NCBI GenBank assembly: GCA_043808285.1
Contig: JAZDFA010000012.1
Span: forward strand, 312-64,311
Length of the DNA stretch: 64,000 nucleotides
Direction of reading: 5' to 3'
Origin: an archaeon
Lineage (GTDB): Archaea; Nanobdellota; Nanobdellia; Pacearchaeales; DTIR01
Under the pieces are notes generated by a model. It was given only the letters and a program-made list of their open reading frames with translations. It ran no database searches and was not told the origin of the DNA. Shown here in pieces: positions 63,402 to 64,000 of this stretch. The position numbers and the translations under genes were made by a program. Numbering within the stretch: the first letter of the stretch is position 1; each line of letters begins with the position of its first letter.

Positions 63402-63520
63402 AATAAATCCAGATATACTGACTTTTTAACAATTACTAAATTCCTAGAAATAAAGTACGTCGACGCCCGGGGTCAATAAAAAGTGTCGCACGCCGGAAGA
63501 GTCTTTATTAAACCCTTTCT

Positions 63521-63775
63521 CTAGCCTCCGTCATAAACATCTTTTCTATGCTCAAATCTCAAAAGAATTAGAGTACTATTAGCAAAAGAGTAAATAACTC
63601 TGTATGGCTTGATGTAAACTGTCCTTTCACCTTTAAGAGAGTATCTTAATGGCTTTCCTATTTCTGGTCTTTCATGAATCTTCCTTATTTGTTTGAGGAT
63701 TTTTTCTCTTGTAGCAGAATCCTTTACATGGCTAAACTCCTGCTCAAACTTCTGCGTCCATAGCAGTTTTACCAT
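63521..63775 (-). CDS. RelE/ParE-family type II toxin
   Basis: This 84-aa protein carries GKPLRYSLKGERTVYIKPYRVIYSF...LILLRFEHRKDVY. It overlaps the antitoxin gene by 7 nt. Confidence 0.7.
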   Translation of the reverse strand: MVKLLWTQKFEQEFSHVKDSATREKILKQIRKIHERPEIGKPLRYSLKGERTVYIKPYRVIYSFANSTLILLRFEHRKDVYDGG

Positions 63776-64000
63776 TTTCTGGCTTGTTCTTCAAATTCTT
63801 CTATAGTTCCAGTTTTATACCTGCCTTTCTCAATGTCTTCCCATGCCTCTTCAACGAGTTTCATTGTGTTCATATCTTCTTTAGTCAAGGGATTGTCTAT
63901 CTTTTTAAGAATAAGAGTGCTATCGCAGGAAGCAACTGCAAACATACTGCCCTCTTTCACTTTTAGTCTCTGCCTTATGCTTTGGGGTATAACTATCTGT
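63769..64000 (-). CDS. AbrB/SpoVT-type antitoxin (5'-partial; runs off the window)
   Basis: The frame is open to the window edge. The translation reads ...QIVIPQSIRQRLKVKEGSMFAVASCDSTLILKKI, the swapped-hairpin AbrB/MazE pattern. Confidence 0.6.
   Translation of the reverse strand, partial: QIVIPQSIRQRLKVKEGSMFAVASCDSTLILKKIDNPLTKEDMNTMKLVEEAWEDIEKGRYKTGTIEEFEEQARKW

Noticed and set aside
63456-63503. A GC-rich pocket contains SalI-like gtcgac and SmaI-like cccggg sites (gtacgtcgacgcccggggtc...gtgtcgcacgccggaagagtc). This raised the possibility of vector contamination or a small RNA.
   Set aside because: It is only ~50 bp long and is embedded in native-looking AT-rich intergenic sequence between sfsA and the RelE gene. 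There is no vector-like flanking sequence. It contains an imperfect direct repeat (gtcgacgcccgg / gtcgcacgccgg) that may be a regulatory site, but the evidence is too thin to call.
1-64000. Does the window contain a prophage, integrative element, IS element, tRNA or rRNA genes, or non-standard genetic code?
   Set aside because: I recognised no integrase, transposase, capsid or terminase motifs. I saw no cloverleaf-like or rRNA-like GC-rich segments in the intergenic regions. ORFs of 13 kb, 5.8 kb and 4.1 kb read through cleanly with the standard code.

Overview
This is an AT-rich window that looks archaeal. It has class-III signal-peptide pilins, an ArlI/PilB-type secretion ATPase, many KaiC-like ATPases, TATA-like boxes about 26 nt before leaderless ATGs, and GGTG/GGAGG Shine-Dalgarno sites. 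I saw no rRNA, tRNA, CRISPR array, integrase, transposase or reverse transcriptase. All domain calls come from reading motifs by eye; no searches were run.

Layout:
- 2-13174: the 3' part of one unbroken ORF longer than 13 kb. It encodes a giant surface protein rich in N-x-S/T sequons, and it ends in a TM helix plus a cytoplasmic HerA/DUF87-like P-loop ATPase.
- 13.3-14.0 kb: a RelE-like toxin-antitoxin cassette bracketed by 38-bp direct repeats.
- 14.3-17.1 kb: a B12-radical-SAM / methyltransferase / GNAT mini-cluster.
- 17.1-18.7 kb: a KaiC-like + V4R operon.
- 18.9-26.7 kb: a sensory block with a PAS protein, a Cache-HAMP protein, a solute-symporter-fused histidine kinase, small membrane proteins and a CheY-like receiver.
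- 27.2-50.0 kb: three surface modules. Each has one giant or large sequon-rich membrane-anchored protein (1374, 1938 and 1197 aa) plus KaiC-fold proteins, either active or lacking a P-loop, and coiled-coil partners.
- 50.4-59.0 kb: an archaeal type IV pilus locus with an ATPase, a split TadB/TadC-like platform and 5-6 prepilin-like genes.
- 59.4-62.6 kb: two tandem KaiC-like ATPases plus a FecR-domain membrane protein.
- 62.7-64.0 kb: sfsA, then a RelE/AbrB toxin-antitoxin pair cut by the window edge.

Two non-coding signals are not explained by the genes. One is a roughly 300-bp intergenic repeat family that sits at the boundaries of the surface, pilus and KaiC modules (4 loci). The other is a densely hairpinned element of about 295 nt, with a truncated second copy.

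The main candidate for a new system is the repeated pairing of giant glyco-surface proteins, which share a common hinge/Ig/TM anchor, with cytoplasmic RecA-superfamily ATPases. These are HerA fused in cis and KaiC-like proteins encoded in trans.
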